Shown here piece by piece: positions 52,451-64,000 of a stretch of 64,000 nucleotides of DNA. The first letter of the stretch is position 1. Each line of letters begins with the position of its first letter. The stretch is taken from assembly GCF_006345805.1 (NCBI RefSeq), contig NC_042999.1, positions 8,060,001 to 8,124,000 of the forward strand, in the 5' to 3' direction. The notes below the pieces were generated by a model, which was not told the origin of the DNA, did not search any database, and saw nothing but the letters and a program-made list of their open reading frames with translations. The stretch comes from Octopus sinensis. Taxonomy: Eukaryota. The position numbers and the translations under genes were made by a program.

Positions 52451-53179
52451 ATCGTTAGATCCACTACTCCACCGTTGCTGCAGGACTTTGTGAGAAATCC
52501 GTAATCAATAACGTGCTTTCAAAAAAGTTGCTGTGTGTGAAATCGATTACAATGAGTGAAGCTACACAGAACAGCGCTCACCATTCATATGCACCAGCTC
52601 TCTTTCCAGTGGACCTGTGTTAAATGAGATGGCCAGAAAAGGAACAACCCCAAAATTTACATCAGAATATCCTTCTCCAAGACTGATCAACACACACACA
52701 CACGCACACAAACACACACACACACACACTCTCACTCACACACACACACACTCACACACACACTCACTCACACACACACAAACACACACACACTCACACA
52801 CACACACAAACACACACACACTCACTCACACACACACACTCACTCACACGCGCGCGCGCGCACACACACACACACACAAGGCTGATGTTCTAACAAGAAC
52901 TACGGACAACCAGGCCCAAATGGTGTTGTGGTGTGCATGCTCACTATCAACTGTATTTCTATGATGTCACAGTGCAGTTATCAGGGAGCCATTGAATCTA
53001 TGATGGATCTATCCGCATTTATAACAAGTATTATACATATGTATATTGATCGCACGAAACTCTTGGATCTTGAGTCACTCTGTTACTCCTACTAAATATT
53101 AACACACACACACACACACACACCACACACACACACACACACACACTCACACACACATACATAAATAAAAGATAAATCT

Positions 53180-53418
53180 CCTTTCCGAGTCATATAGACT
53201 CATAGGGCTGGTTAGCTTGGATGCTTATATATGCGTGTATACAGCTCCCTGGATGAGACGCCAGACCATCGCAGGATTAGTCGTTTTTACCAGCTGAATG
53301 GACAGGAGCAGCGTTGAGTGTTTTGCTCGAGAACACAATGCATTGCCCAGTCCAGGAATGGAAACCACAATTTCAAGATCATGAATCCAACACCCTTACA
53401 ACTATGCCACACGCATTC
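53180..53418 (-). mobile_element. SINE group C (H1+T2), degraded
   Basis: Homologous to 62533-62778. Confidence 0.75.
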
Positions 53419-53441
53419 ATTATACATACATACATATATAG

Positions 53442-53660
53442 GTAACACACTGCCTAAATACCAATCTTGAGAAATTAGGCTTCTCAAAACCAGAAAGGTG
53501 AAAGCTAATTCGAAGTCTACAGATCCACTCCATCACTGGAACTGTAAAAATCTGTAAAACATTCCAGAAGTTTGTCATTTAAATGTATATGAGCATGTCT
53601 AGATATGTAACTATATGCATGAGAATGCATACATAAAGCAAAACATACAAATCTGCACAT
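53442..53660 (+). mobile_element. Short 3' piece of the CATA-associated R4-like element
   Basis: Colinear with 36140-36360, starting GTAACACACTGCC. Confidence 0.9.
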
Positions 53661-53733
53661 ATACATACATACATATACATACACACATACATACATATAC
53701 ATGCATAAATGTGTATGTATGTATGTATGTATG

Positions 53734-54084
53734 TCATTATTCGGTTTTATTTCAAGATTTCTTACCAATAAAGAACCGGTTTCTAACCTAGTTTCAAGGC
53801 TCCTTCATTGGAATTTCATCTTCAAAAACAGGGTATTTTTGTTTGATTGTATGTATGTATGTATATGTGCAGATTTGTGTGTTTTATTTTATGTATGTAT
53901 TCTCATGCATATAGTTGCATATCTAGACATGTTCATATATACTTAAACGATAAACTTCTGGAAAATATTTACAGAGTTTTGACAGTTCCAGTGATGGATT
54001 GGATCTGTAGTCTTCGAATTAGCCTTCTCCTTCCTGGTTTTAAGAAGCCTAATTTCTCAAGATTAGCATTTAGGTAGTGCGTTA
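53734..54084 (-). mobile_element. Short 3' piece of the CATA-associated R4-like element with the complete 3' UTR
   Basis: Same start point; includes a distal ~110-bp segment ending AAATAAAACCGAATAATGA(CATA)n. Confidence 0.9.
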
Positions 54085-54314
54085 TGTACGTACGTACGTA
54101 CGTATGTATGTATGTATGTATGTATGTATGTATGTATGTATGTATGTATGTATTACGGTAAAGGTTTTAGCTGCCAATTCTGTACAAGACATTGTAGATC
54201 TTTAGCTGAGCTATAAAGTCACATTCGATCACAGCACCAATAACATTAAGCTTCGTGCAATGGCCATACTCGATAACGAGGGGGCAGCCATCATGTATGT
54301 ATGTATGTATATAC

Positions 54315-54350
54315 GGTCTGACGAAGGAAGCATGCCGAAACCTTGTAGTC
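54315..54350 (+). ncRNA. Degenerate hammerhead motif
   Basis: GGT-CTGACGA-AGG-aagcatg-CC-GAAAC-ctt-GTA-GTC. Stem I is mostly G-U pairs. Confidence 0.45.
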
Positions 54351-55690
54351 ATTTCCCACCATTGCCATGCAAGTATCCTACTAAATGTATTCAGTAAAAA
54401 TCAAATATTTTAATACATACGTTGACATGAAAACAAGCATTAATATTCATATACATACATGCATACACACTCACATGCATACATACATACATGCATACAT
54501 ACATACATACATACATACATACTACATACATACATACATACATACATACATACATGCATACATACATATATACATACATACATGCATACGTACATACATA
54601 TATACATACATATAAGCGATAGATATATAGATATAAATATCATTTTATGCGAATTTGCATGTATTACAATTAACTATTTCTCATAATGTCTCATTCATAT
54701 AAAGAAGTGGATGGTCAGTGTGGTGTGTCTTGAGTTATCCGATTCGCCTTTCAGCTTTTCAAAGTCGATAAACAAATTTCCATTCCACTAATAGGGTTGG
54801 CCCCTCTCTTTCTTTCTCTCACCTCCCCCTCTATCTCTCCCTTTCCGGTAGAAAGCGTCAGTGATCGGACCTCGAGGCTGATAAACTCTGCTAGGTTTAG
54901 ATGCCCGAGACTACCGTGTGTCACGTTGGCACCACTTCAATACCATTAGCAGGTATTACGAACCTAAAGCAACGGACAAGTTTTATCTAATATCTTCCAA
55001 ACAATTCTCTCGAATCTAACATAGTTATTCCAAAAAGGGCCACAAGTATTTAGATAAAATGCTTATCCAAAGATTTCTAATTAAATTGTTCCCTAAACTA
55101 ATTTAAATCGTTCCTTAAACTAATTTTTCAGTGAAACCGATAGAGTCTTGGGAAACTGAATTATAAGCAGTAAATAGTTTTGCATCGACTCTGAAATGCA
55201 TCAATTGTTTAACGGACAACCTCATATATGTAGACAGTTGTTTAAGGTTTTTATATTATTAATGCAAACTGTTTTTGTTGCAATACTTTGTGTACAGCTG
55301 AAGCTAATTTAACATTATTTCTATTTAAAATAATTATACCCGAGTCTTCGTTTAACGTTTATCTAATAAGTAAAAGAGGTCCTAAACAATACGTAAACTT
55401 ATATTTATATGAAATGAGGCAGTGAACCAAGTGATTTTAAGTTTTTTATATTTGTTTCCGATAATTAATAATACATATACGACTAGTTTTATGCTTAAAC
55501 CTGCATTGTTTGTAAGTTTTATTGTTATAAGGGGTTATGTTATTGAAGAAAGCTCTCTTGGATCAAATATTGGATAACAGTAAAGTAATAGTTTTCCATA
55601 CTTAATTAGCAATTATGTTGGTGAATGATTTGTGTATCATTATATATATATATATAATATTTATAAACAAAGAAGGCTTTGTAAGTTATT

Positions 55691-55789
<99 letters not shown>

Positions 55790-55795
55790 GATGTA

Positions 55796-57415
55796 CAGTA
55801 TCTCACAGGTGTATGTACACCCCTAAAATATTCAGTAAAATTGCCATTACTCTGATAATATCGAAGGAAACCAAACGAAATTCATACCGAATATAATATA
55901 TTATACAAGCAAACATACATATTTGAAACACAAAACAATAACCATTTTTAAAGATATGAACGACAGATTAATTTTCAAACGATACAGAATATGTACATCC
56001 TAAAGGATTATTTGTTATATTCAATATTTGGTGCGACTGCCCTTGCTTTCAATAACTGCATTAAATCTTCTAGGCATAGAATCGACTAAATTTCCGCATA
56101 TAACCGATGAAGTCGGCCTCCATTCATTCTGAATGATATTTTTCAACTGTGTTACATTGCAGGGTTCTTTTTTCCTCAACCTTCCTTTTCAAAATATCCC
56201 ACAGGTGTTCTATTGGGTTTATATCAAGTGACATGGTAGGCCAAGGCAATACCTTTGGCTTTTTATCTGATAAAAACTTAGTCGTTTCCTTTGAAGTGTG
56301 TTTAGGGTCATTATCATGTTGGAACATGGAATGTCTTCCTAGTTCCTTGATTCTTTCCAACATTGTTTTCTGCAATATGTCACAATAAAGCCTTGAATCC
56401 ATTATTCTCTCAATAAATGTGAGTCCTTCCAAACCAGCCGCACTCATGCATCTCCAGAGCATAACACCTTCGCTGCTGTGTTTCGCGATAGGTACCGTGC
56501 ATATGTTGCTGTTATCTTCACCTAATCATTGCCATACTCGTTTAATACCATCTAAAGCAAACAAGTTGATTTTAGTCTCGTTAGAAAAATAGAATTTTTA
56601 TTCCAAAACTCCTTACCCTTACTCACATAGGTTTCGGCAAAAGAAAAACGACTTGATTTATGCCTGGTAGTGAGGAGAGGCTTCCTACGAGGAATGCGTC
56701 CATGAAGGCAACACTGTTTGGACGGATACACTCTTTCCACTAACAGAAGACACTTCTTGGGCCAAAGATGAAGCGGTACGACGCCTGTCGTCCATCACGC
56801 AACGTTCGATGTGGCGAATATCACACACAGTTAAAATAGAAGGACGGCCTGGACGATGCATATTGCTTAGCCGTACAGTAGCTTTGTACTTCTGAATTAC
56901 TTTGGCAACTGTGTTTAAGCTAAAATGCAGTTTTGCTAATTACATTGTATCCTAAACAATTCTTGAGCAAATTCAAAAATAATTTTCTTCAAATCTTCAG
57001 ACAATTCCATTCCTTTTTGGTGCCATTTTAATCACAATGAAGACGATTTTCCCCACGGTACACAAATCAAAATTCCTGCAGATGCAATAACAATAACCGT
57101 TGCAAAAATGCCAGGTGAAATAATTTATTAGAATTGAAATTATCAGCAATATCTGAATTTAGTAAGGAACAAAAATGGATGAAACATTGAATAAAGCAAA
57201 TTTCCTTTCGGGTGTACATATTTTTGCATCGTTTCAAAATTAAGCTTTCGTTCATATCTTTAAAAACGTTTATTGCTTTGTGTTCTAAATTTGTGTAATG
57301 TTTGCATGAATAATATATTTTATTCGGTATAAATTACGTTTGATTTTCTTCTATGTTATTAGAGTAACGGCAATTTTACTGAATTTTGAGGGGGTGTACA
57401 TACTTCTGTGAGATA

Positions 57416-57418
<3 letters not shown>
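55796..57418 (-). mobile_element. Tc1-family DNA transposon, full length (1623 bp), IR/DR-type long TIRs, inactive
   Basis: TA|CAGTATCTCACAG ... CTGTGAGATACTG|TA. The ~230-bp diverged TIRs each carry an outer and an inner TGTACA(C/T)CC motif. Confidence 0.95.
56021..57026 (-). pseudogene. Tc1 DD34E transposase pseudogene
   Basis: MAPK..ELSEDLKK, GRPS, RRKPLL, FQHDNDPKH-NPIEHLW (34 residues between D and E), and SMPRR..AVI..KG..TKY*. Several frameshifts. Confidence 0.92.
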
Positions 57419-57465
<47 letters not shown>

Positions 57466-57472
57466 CATATAT

Positions 57473-57969
57473 AAGCTTCATTTCAAGATTACTTGCCAAT
57501 AGAGAAAGAACCAATTCCTAACCAAGATTCAAGGCTCCTTCATTGGAATTTCAATATCAATAACAGGGTATTTTTGTATGTATGTATGTATGTTTGTATG
57601 TATGTATGTATGTATGTATGTATGTATGTATGTATGTATGTATGTTTGTATGTATGTATGTATGTATGTATGTATGTATGTATGTATGTATGTATGTTTG
57701 TATGTATGTATGTATGTATGGATGTATGTATGTTTGTATGTAAGTATGAATGTGTGTAGTTTGTATGTTTTCTTTTATGTATGTATTCTCATGCACATAA
57801 TAGCATATCTAGACATGCTTTTATATGTTTAAATGATAAACTTCTGGAAAGTTTTACAGATCTTTACAGTTCCAGTGATGGATTGGATCTGTAGTCTTCG
57901 GATTAGCTTTCACTTTTCTGGTTTTGAGAAGCCTCATTTCTCAGGATTGGTATTTAGGCAGTGTGTTAC
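57473..57969 (-). mobile_element. Short 3' piece of the CATA-associated R4-like element with an expanded internal (CATA)n
   Basis: Starts GTAACACACTGCC (minus). The UTR is split by a ~170-bp (TATG)n, and the distal segment matches 53745-53842. Confidence 0.9.
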
Positions 57970-60711
57970 GTATGCATGTGTGTATGTATGTATGTATGCA
58001 TGTATGTATGTATGTATGCCTGTATGTATGTATGTATGTATGTATGTATGTATGTATGCATGTATGTATGTATGTATGTATGTATGTATGTATGTATGTA
58101 TGTATGTATGTATGTCGGTATGTATGTATGTATGTATGTATGTATGTCGGTATGTATGTATGCATGTATGTATGTATGTATGTATGTATGTCGGTATGTA
58201 TGTATGTATGTATGTATGTATGTATGTATGTATGTATGCATGTATGTATGTATGTATGTATGTATGTATATGCATGTATGTATGTATGTGTGTATGTATG
58301 TATGCATGTATGTATGTATGTATGTATGTATGTATGTATGTATGTATGTATGTCGGTATGTATGTATGTATGTATGTATGTCGGTATGTATGTATGCATG
58401 TATGTATGTATGTATGTATGTATGTATGTATGTCGGTATGTATGTATGCATGTATGTATGTATGTATGTATGTATGTATGTATGTATGTATGTATGTATG
58501 TATGTATGCATGCATGTATGTATGTATGTATGTATGTATGTGTATGTATGTATGTATGTATGTATGTATGTATGTATGTATGTCGGTATGTATGTATGTA
58601 TGTATGTATGTATGTATGTATGTATGTATGTATGTCGGTATGTATGTATGTATGTATGTATGTCGGTATGTATGTATGCATGTATGTATGTATGTATGTA
58701 TGTATGTATGTATGTATGTATGTATGTCGGTATGTATGTATGTATGTATGTATGTCGGTATGTATGTATGCATGTATGTATGTATGTGTATGTATGTATG
58801 TATGTATGTATGTATGTATGTATGTATGTCGGTATGTATGTATGCATGTATGTATGTATGTATGTATGTATGTATGTATGTATGCATGTATGTATGTATG
58901 TATGTATGTATGTGTATGTATGTATGTATGTATGTATGTATGTATGTATGTATGTATGTATGTATGCATGTATGTATGTATGTATGTATGTATGTATGTA
59001 TGTCGGTATGTATGTATGTATGTATGTATGTATGTCGGTATGTATGTATGCATGTATGTATGTATGTATGTATGTATGTATGTATGTATGTATGTATGCA
59101 TGTATGTATGCATGTATGTATGTATGTATGTATGTGTGTATGTATGTATGTATGCATGTATGTATGTATGTATGTATGTATGTATGTCGGTATGTATGTA
59201 TGTATGTATGTATGTATGTATGTATGTATGTATGTATGCATGTATGTATGTATGTATGTATGTATGTATGTATGTATGTATGTATGCATGTATGTATGTA
59301 TGTATGTATGTGTGTTATTTATGTATGTATGCATGTATGTATGTATGTATGTATGTATGTATGTGGTATGTATGTATGCATGTATGTATGTATGTATGTA
59401 TGTATGTATGTATGTATGTATGTATGTATGTATGTATGTATGTATGTATGTATGTATGTATGTCGGTATGTATGTATGTATGTATGTGTGTATGTATGTA
59501 TGTATGCATGTATGTATGTATGTATGTATGTATGTATGTATGTATGTTTGTATGTATGTATGTATGTATGTATGTATGTATGTATGTATGTATGTATGCA
59601 TGTATGTATGTATGTATGTTTGTATGTATGTTTGTATGTATGTATGTATGTATGTATGTATGTACGTATGTATGTATGTATGTATGTTTGTATGTATGTA
59701 TGTATGCATGTATGTATGTTGTATGTATGTATGTATGTATGTATGCATGTATGTATATGTAGTATGTATGTTTGTATGTATGTATGCATGCATGTATGTA
59801 TGTATGTATGTATGTATGTATGTATGTATGCATGTATGTATGTATGTGTGTATGTATGTATGTCGGTATGTATGTATGTATGTATGTATGTTTGTATGTA
59901 TGTATGTATGTATGTATGTATGTATGTATGTTTGTTGTATGTTGTATGTGTATGTATGTTGTATGTATGTATGTATGTATGTATGTATGTATGTATGTAT
60001 GCATGTATGTATGTATGGTTGTATGTATGTATGTTGTATGCATGTATGTATGTGTGTTGTATGTATGTCGGTATGTATGTATGTATGTATGTATGTTTGT
60101 ATGTATGTTGTAGGTATGTATGTATGTATGTATGTTTGTATGTATGTATGTATGTATGTATTATGTATGTATGTATGTATGTATTATGTATGCATGTATG
60201 TATGTATGTATGTATGTAGGTCGGTATGTATGTATGTGTTATGTATGTATGTATGTATGTATGTATGTATGTATGTATTATGATGTATGTATGTATGTAT
60301 TATGTATGTATGTTGTATGTATGTATGTATGTATGTATGCATGTATGTATGTATGTATGTATGTATGTATTGTGTATGTATTATGTATGTATGATGTATG
60401 TTGTATGTATGTATGTATGTATGTATGTATGTATGTATGTTGTATGCATGTATGTATGTGTGTATGTATGTATGTATGTATGTGCATGTATGTATGTATG
60501 TATGCATTATGTATGTATGTATGATGTATGTAGTATGTATGTCTGTATGTATGTATGTATGTATGTATGTAGTATGTATGTATTATGTATGTATGTATGT
60601 ATGTAGGTATGCATGTATGTAGTATGTTGTATGTATGTATGTCGGTATGTATGTATGTATGTATGTATGTATGTATGTATGTATGTCGTATGTATTATGC
60701 ATGTATGTATG

Positions 60712-60743
<32 letters not shown>

Positions 60744-61135
60744 CATGTATGTATGTATGTGTATGTATGTATGTCGTATGTATGTATGTATTATGTATGT
60801 ATGTATGTATGTATGTATGTCGGTATGTATGTATGTATGTATGTATGTATGTATGTATGTATGTCGGTATGTATGTATGCATGTATGTATGTATGTATGT
60901 ATGTATGTATGTATGTATGTCGGTATGTATGTATGTATGTATGTATGTATGTATGTATGTATGTATGTATGTATGTATGCATGTATGTATGTATGTGTGT
61001 ATGTATGTATGTCGGTATGTATGTATGTATGTATGTATGTATGTATGTATGTCGGTATGTATGTATGTATGTATGTATGTATGTATGTATGTATGTATGT
61101 ATGTATGTATGTATGTATGTCGGTATGTATGTATG

Positions 61136-61167
<32 letters not shown>

Positions 61168-61178
61168 TGTTTGTATGT
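57970..61178. repeat. ~3.2 kb (TATG)n array with recurrent TCGG and CATG variants
   Basis: Direct. Confidence 0.97.
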
Positions 61179-61451
61179 GCGGTGAGTGTGTGTGTTTTGG
61201 TTTTGCATTTAGTTTCTTAAAAGATGGTAAGTTGTTTCAAAGCTAAGGTTATATTTAGAAAGTTAAACTCAAATGCAGAATGGACAGGTATATTCATTAC
61301 ATCACAATTCGACTGTTTTCACAAAGTGTTACTCTAGGCTGGGCTCCAAGTCGATCTCAACTGGAGATTTTTAAGTTTAAATATATCAAGGAAATCTCTT
61401 CAGCTCTCTGGCTTTGATGATGGCCAAAACATCCAGGGTATGATGATATAC

Positions 61452-61876
61452 TCTTTTTACTCTTTTTTTACTCTTTTACTTGTTTCAGTCATTTGACTGC
61501 AGCCATGCTGGAGCACCGCCTTTAATCGAGCAACTCGACCCCGGGACTTATTCTTTTGTAAGCCCAGTACTTATTCTATCGGTCTCTTTTGCCGAACCGC
61601 TAAGTAACGGGGATGTAAACACACCAGCATCGGTTGTCAAGCAATGCTAGGGGGACAAACACAGACACACAAACACACACACACAAATACATATATATAT
61701 ATATACATAAATACGACAGGCTTCTTTCAGTTTCCGTCTACCAAATCCACTCACAAGGCATTGGTCGGCCCGAGGCTATAGCAGAAGACACTTGCCCAAG
61801 ATGCCACGCAGTGGGACTGAACCTGAAACCATGTGGTTGGTTAGCAAGCTACTTACCACACAGCCACTCCTGTGCC
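61452..61876 (-). mobile_element. SINE group B, near intact
   Basis: Full head, body and tail, ending in a (GTAAAAGA)-like tail repeat. Confidence 0.93.
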
Positions 61877-62532
61877 TATCTATGCAGATATTTTCTCATA
61901 AGTATATGAAGATATTCTTTTGAGTGGATATGCATGTAAACCAGTAAATATATGTTTACATAGTTGATGGGGCAGTTGACAAAGGTGTGTACCGTAAATC
62001 CGTGTGTAAATTGCTTTTCTAAACAAGTATTTATTAAGAGAAAGCCCAGGTTATGCCGGTTGTATATTTAGTCTCTGCTTCACTGCATCTGTTGTTTATA
62101 CGGGAATAGGCGGTCTCAGGACTGTGAGATAATGCTGATTCATAATGCACAAACTCACTTTGCAGACAATTTTATTGCGGAAGCTTATTGGTGAACCTCT
62201 TCCCTGATGAATCGGGAAAAAAAAGCATAATTATTTAATGGCATTCTAAATTTTTTCAACTCGGTTTCACAATGCTTCATATATTATACCACTTTCATAA
62301 TATTAAATCAGAGTTGGAGTAGATTTATATCACGAAGAATTCATCAGCTTTACAGGAGAATCGGACAAAGATCCGTTTCCAAGTTGATTCCCTAAAAGAT
62401 TCTTTGAACGTATATTCATCCATATTACAATCGAAAACAAGTCACAAGATTTCTCTCACTTCGTCACACAATTTCCTTATTTTCCTACTATGAATAGCAA
62501 ATTTAAAAATAAAATAATAAATGCGTACTTTT

Positions 62533-62778
62533 AAAGCCTAGCCAGGCTCATGGGCCCAGTTTCCCGGTTCCATTGGCGTACGTGTCGCCCCCTCCTCCCA
62601 GCTGGACGGGACACCAGTCCATCGCAGCGTTGCTCATTTTTGCCAGCTGAGTGGACTGGAGCAACGTGAAATGAAGTGTTTTGCACAAGAACACAACGCG
62701 TTGCCCGGTCCAGGAATCGAAACCACAATCTTACGATCATGATGCTGACACCCTAACCACTAAACCACTCGCCTCCAC
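62533..62778 (-). mobile_element. SINE group C (H1+T2)
   Basis: H1 head up to CAGCTGGCAAAAATGAG, joined to CTGCGATGGACTGG..GGAACCGGGAAACTGGGCCC. Confidence 0.88.
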
Positions 62779-63179
62779 TTAAATAGCAAATTTATCATCT
62801 ACCATTCTGTTTGGCTCCACAAATACTATACTTCGCACTTTCTACAGACACACGAGTGATTCCATCGGTGCCATTAGCAAATTCAAAGAATATGATTCCT
62901 GGTCTTTTATCTCTTGACAATCTAGTGTCATCGAGTCATGGTAGTCTGTTCCAAATGCTTCCAACAGATCGAGTTTCGCTAAATTCAGCCAAGGGGCGGA
63001 AGGAATGTGATGTACCTAATATCTCCAAAAATGAAGGGAAAGCAAGCGGCCTTACTGTACACAAGACCATATGATCAAGAACGGCATGCCTATTTGGAAA
63101 GCACGTGTTTCCTGTAACAGCCTGCACTTAACCGAGGTAAACAATCAAAAGAGGTATTGTTCAGGAAGATTCGTGTTCA

Positions 63180-64000
63180 CCTTGGTAATTTATTACAGCC
63201 TTCATCCCACTCTCTGTAGTTCTACGCTAAGTCAACGTGTAGCACTATGAGCTGAGAAAGAATGGATCTCCTCTCAACCACCTTTCCTTCGTGGATGATT
63301 TGAAGCTGTTCACAAAAACAGAGCCTGAAATGGAGAGGCTGGTTGAAACTGTGCAAATGTGCAGCAAGGATATAAGGGATGGAATTCGGGAGCTTGAAGT
63401 GTGTGGTGCTTACTTTGAAGCGGGGGGAGGGGCGGGGGAGAGTAGATTATAAGGGCATAGAACTGCCAAACGGAGAGCGAATAGGAGACCCGAATTATGA
63501 TGGGTCCACGTGCATTGGGATCCTGGAGGTGGACAATATTTTGCACAGTGAAATGAAAGACAAGTATGGATACGAGGTTACGGGTGCTTGATACCAACAT
63601 ACACCGGGAAAGGTAATGCACAAAAACGGGAAGGTAAAGATCCTCTGAGACTTTGACTTCCAGACGGACAAGGTGGTTAGTGCGCAGTAACTCGGATATG
63701 GTAACCTTTAGGAGGGACAAACAAGAACGCCTAATAATCGACGTGGCAAAGCCATGAGATCAACAAATTGTCATGAAAGAAAGAGAAAAAGTTGACAAAT
63801 ATGGAGGCCTGAGAATCGGGGTTGCCAAGATGTGACAACTGCGAGAACCAAACGTAAAGGTCGTCCCTGTTGTTATCGGAGCATTGGATTCAATAGCACC
63901 CAACCTGAAAAAAAAAAAATATCCGGACATTTTAGAAATACCCTACAATCTTGGTGTCTTGCAAAAGTCGGTTTTACTTGGACCTGCACGCGTACTGCGT
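63180..64000 (+). mobile_element. R4/Dong-like RLE retrotransposon with a large internal deletion, running to the window edge
   Basis: RT LNHLSFVDDLKLF..MEFG..KC joined near 63585 to YQHTPGKV..IL*DFDFQTDK..IIDVA..EKVDKY..VVPVVIGAL..LQKSVLLG. The CCHC region is missing. Confidence 0.88.

Noticed and set aside
57833-61246. Very long ORFs (up to 816 aa) of MYVC/HTYI repeats, also at 36274-37623
   Set aside because: Translations of (TATG)n/(CATA)n, which has no stop codon in any frame; no evidence of coding.

Overview
Eukaryotic, AT-rich, repeat-dominated DNA, most likely intronic or intergenic sequence from a coleoid cephalopod (Octopus-like). The taxon is inferred from the tRNA-derived SINE families and the extreme microsatellite load. 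Only one convincing host coding segment is visible: a 727-nt + strand internal exon (22684-23410) encoding a K/T/S/E-rich low-complexity peptide. The rest is mobile DNA: three abundant SINE groups, 5'-truncated LINEs (RTE, CR1/L2-like, R4/Dong-like RLE elements), Penelope-like fragments, a full-length but dead Tc1 element (55796-57418), Helitron and hAT remnants, a ~1.84 kb near-identical tandem duplication and very long (CATA)n/(TATG)n arrays. The most notable observations are: (1) about eight minimal type I hammerhead-ribozyme motifs, most in Penelope-like fragments near TA-rich or other microsatellites; (2) an R4/Dong-like family that is almost always embedded in (CATA)n, with three short copies sharing one 5' start and two kilobase-scale arrays attached; (3) SINEs present in all four combinations of two heads and two tails; (4) oppositely oriented SINEs bracketing the host exon. 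Family names come from motif recall, not database searches, and boundaries of degraded elements are approximate. Nearly all long ORFs in the track are microsatellite translation artefacts.
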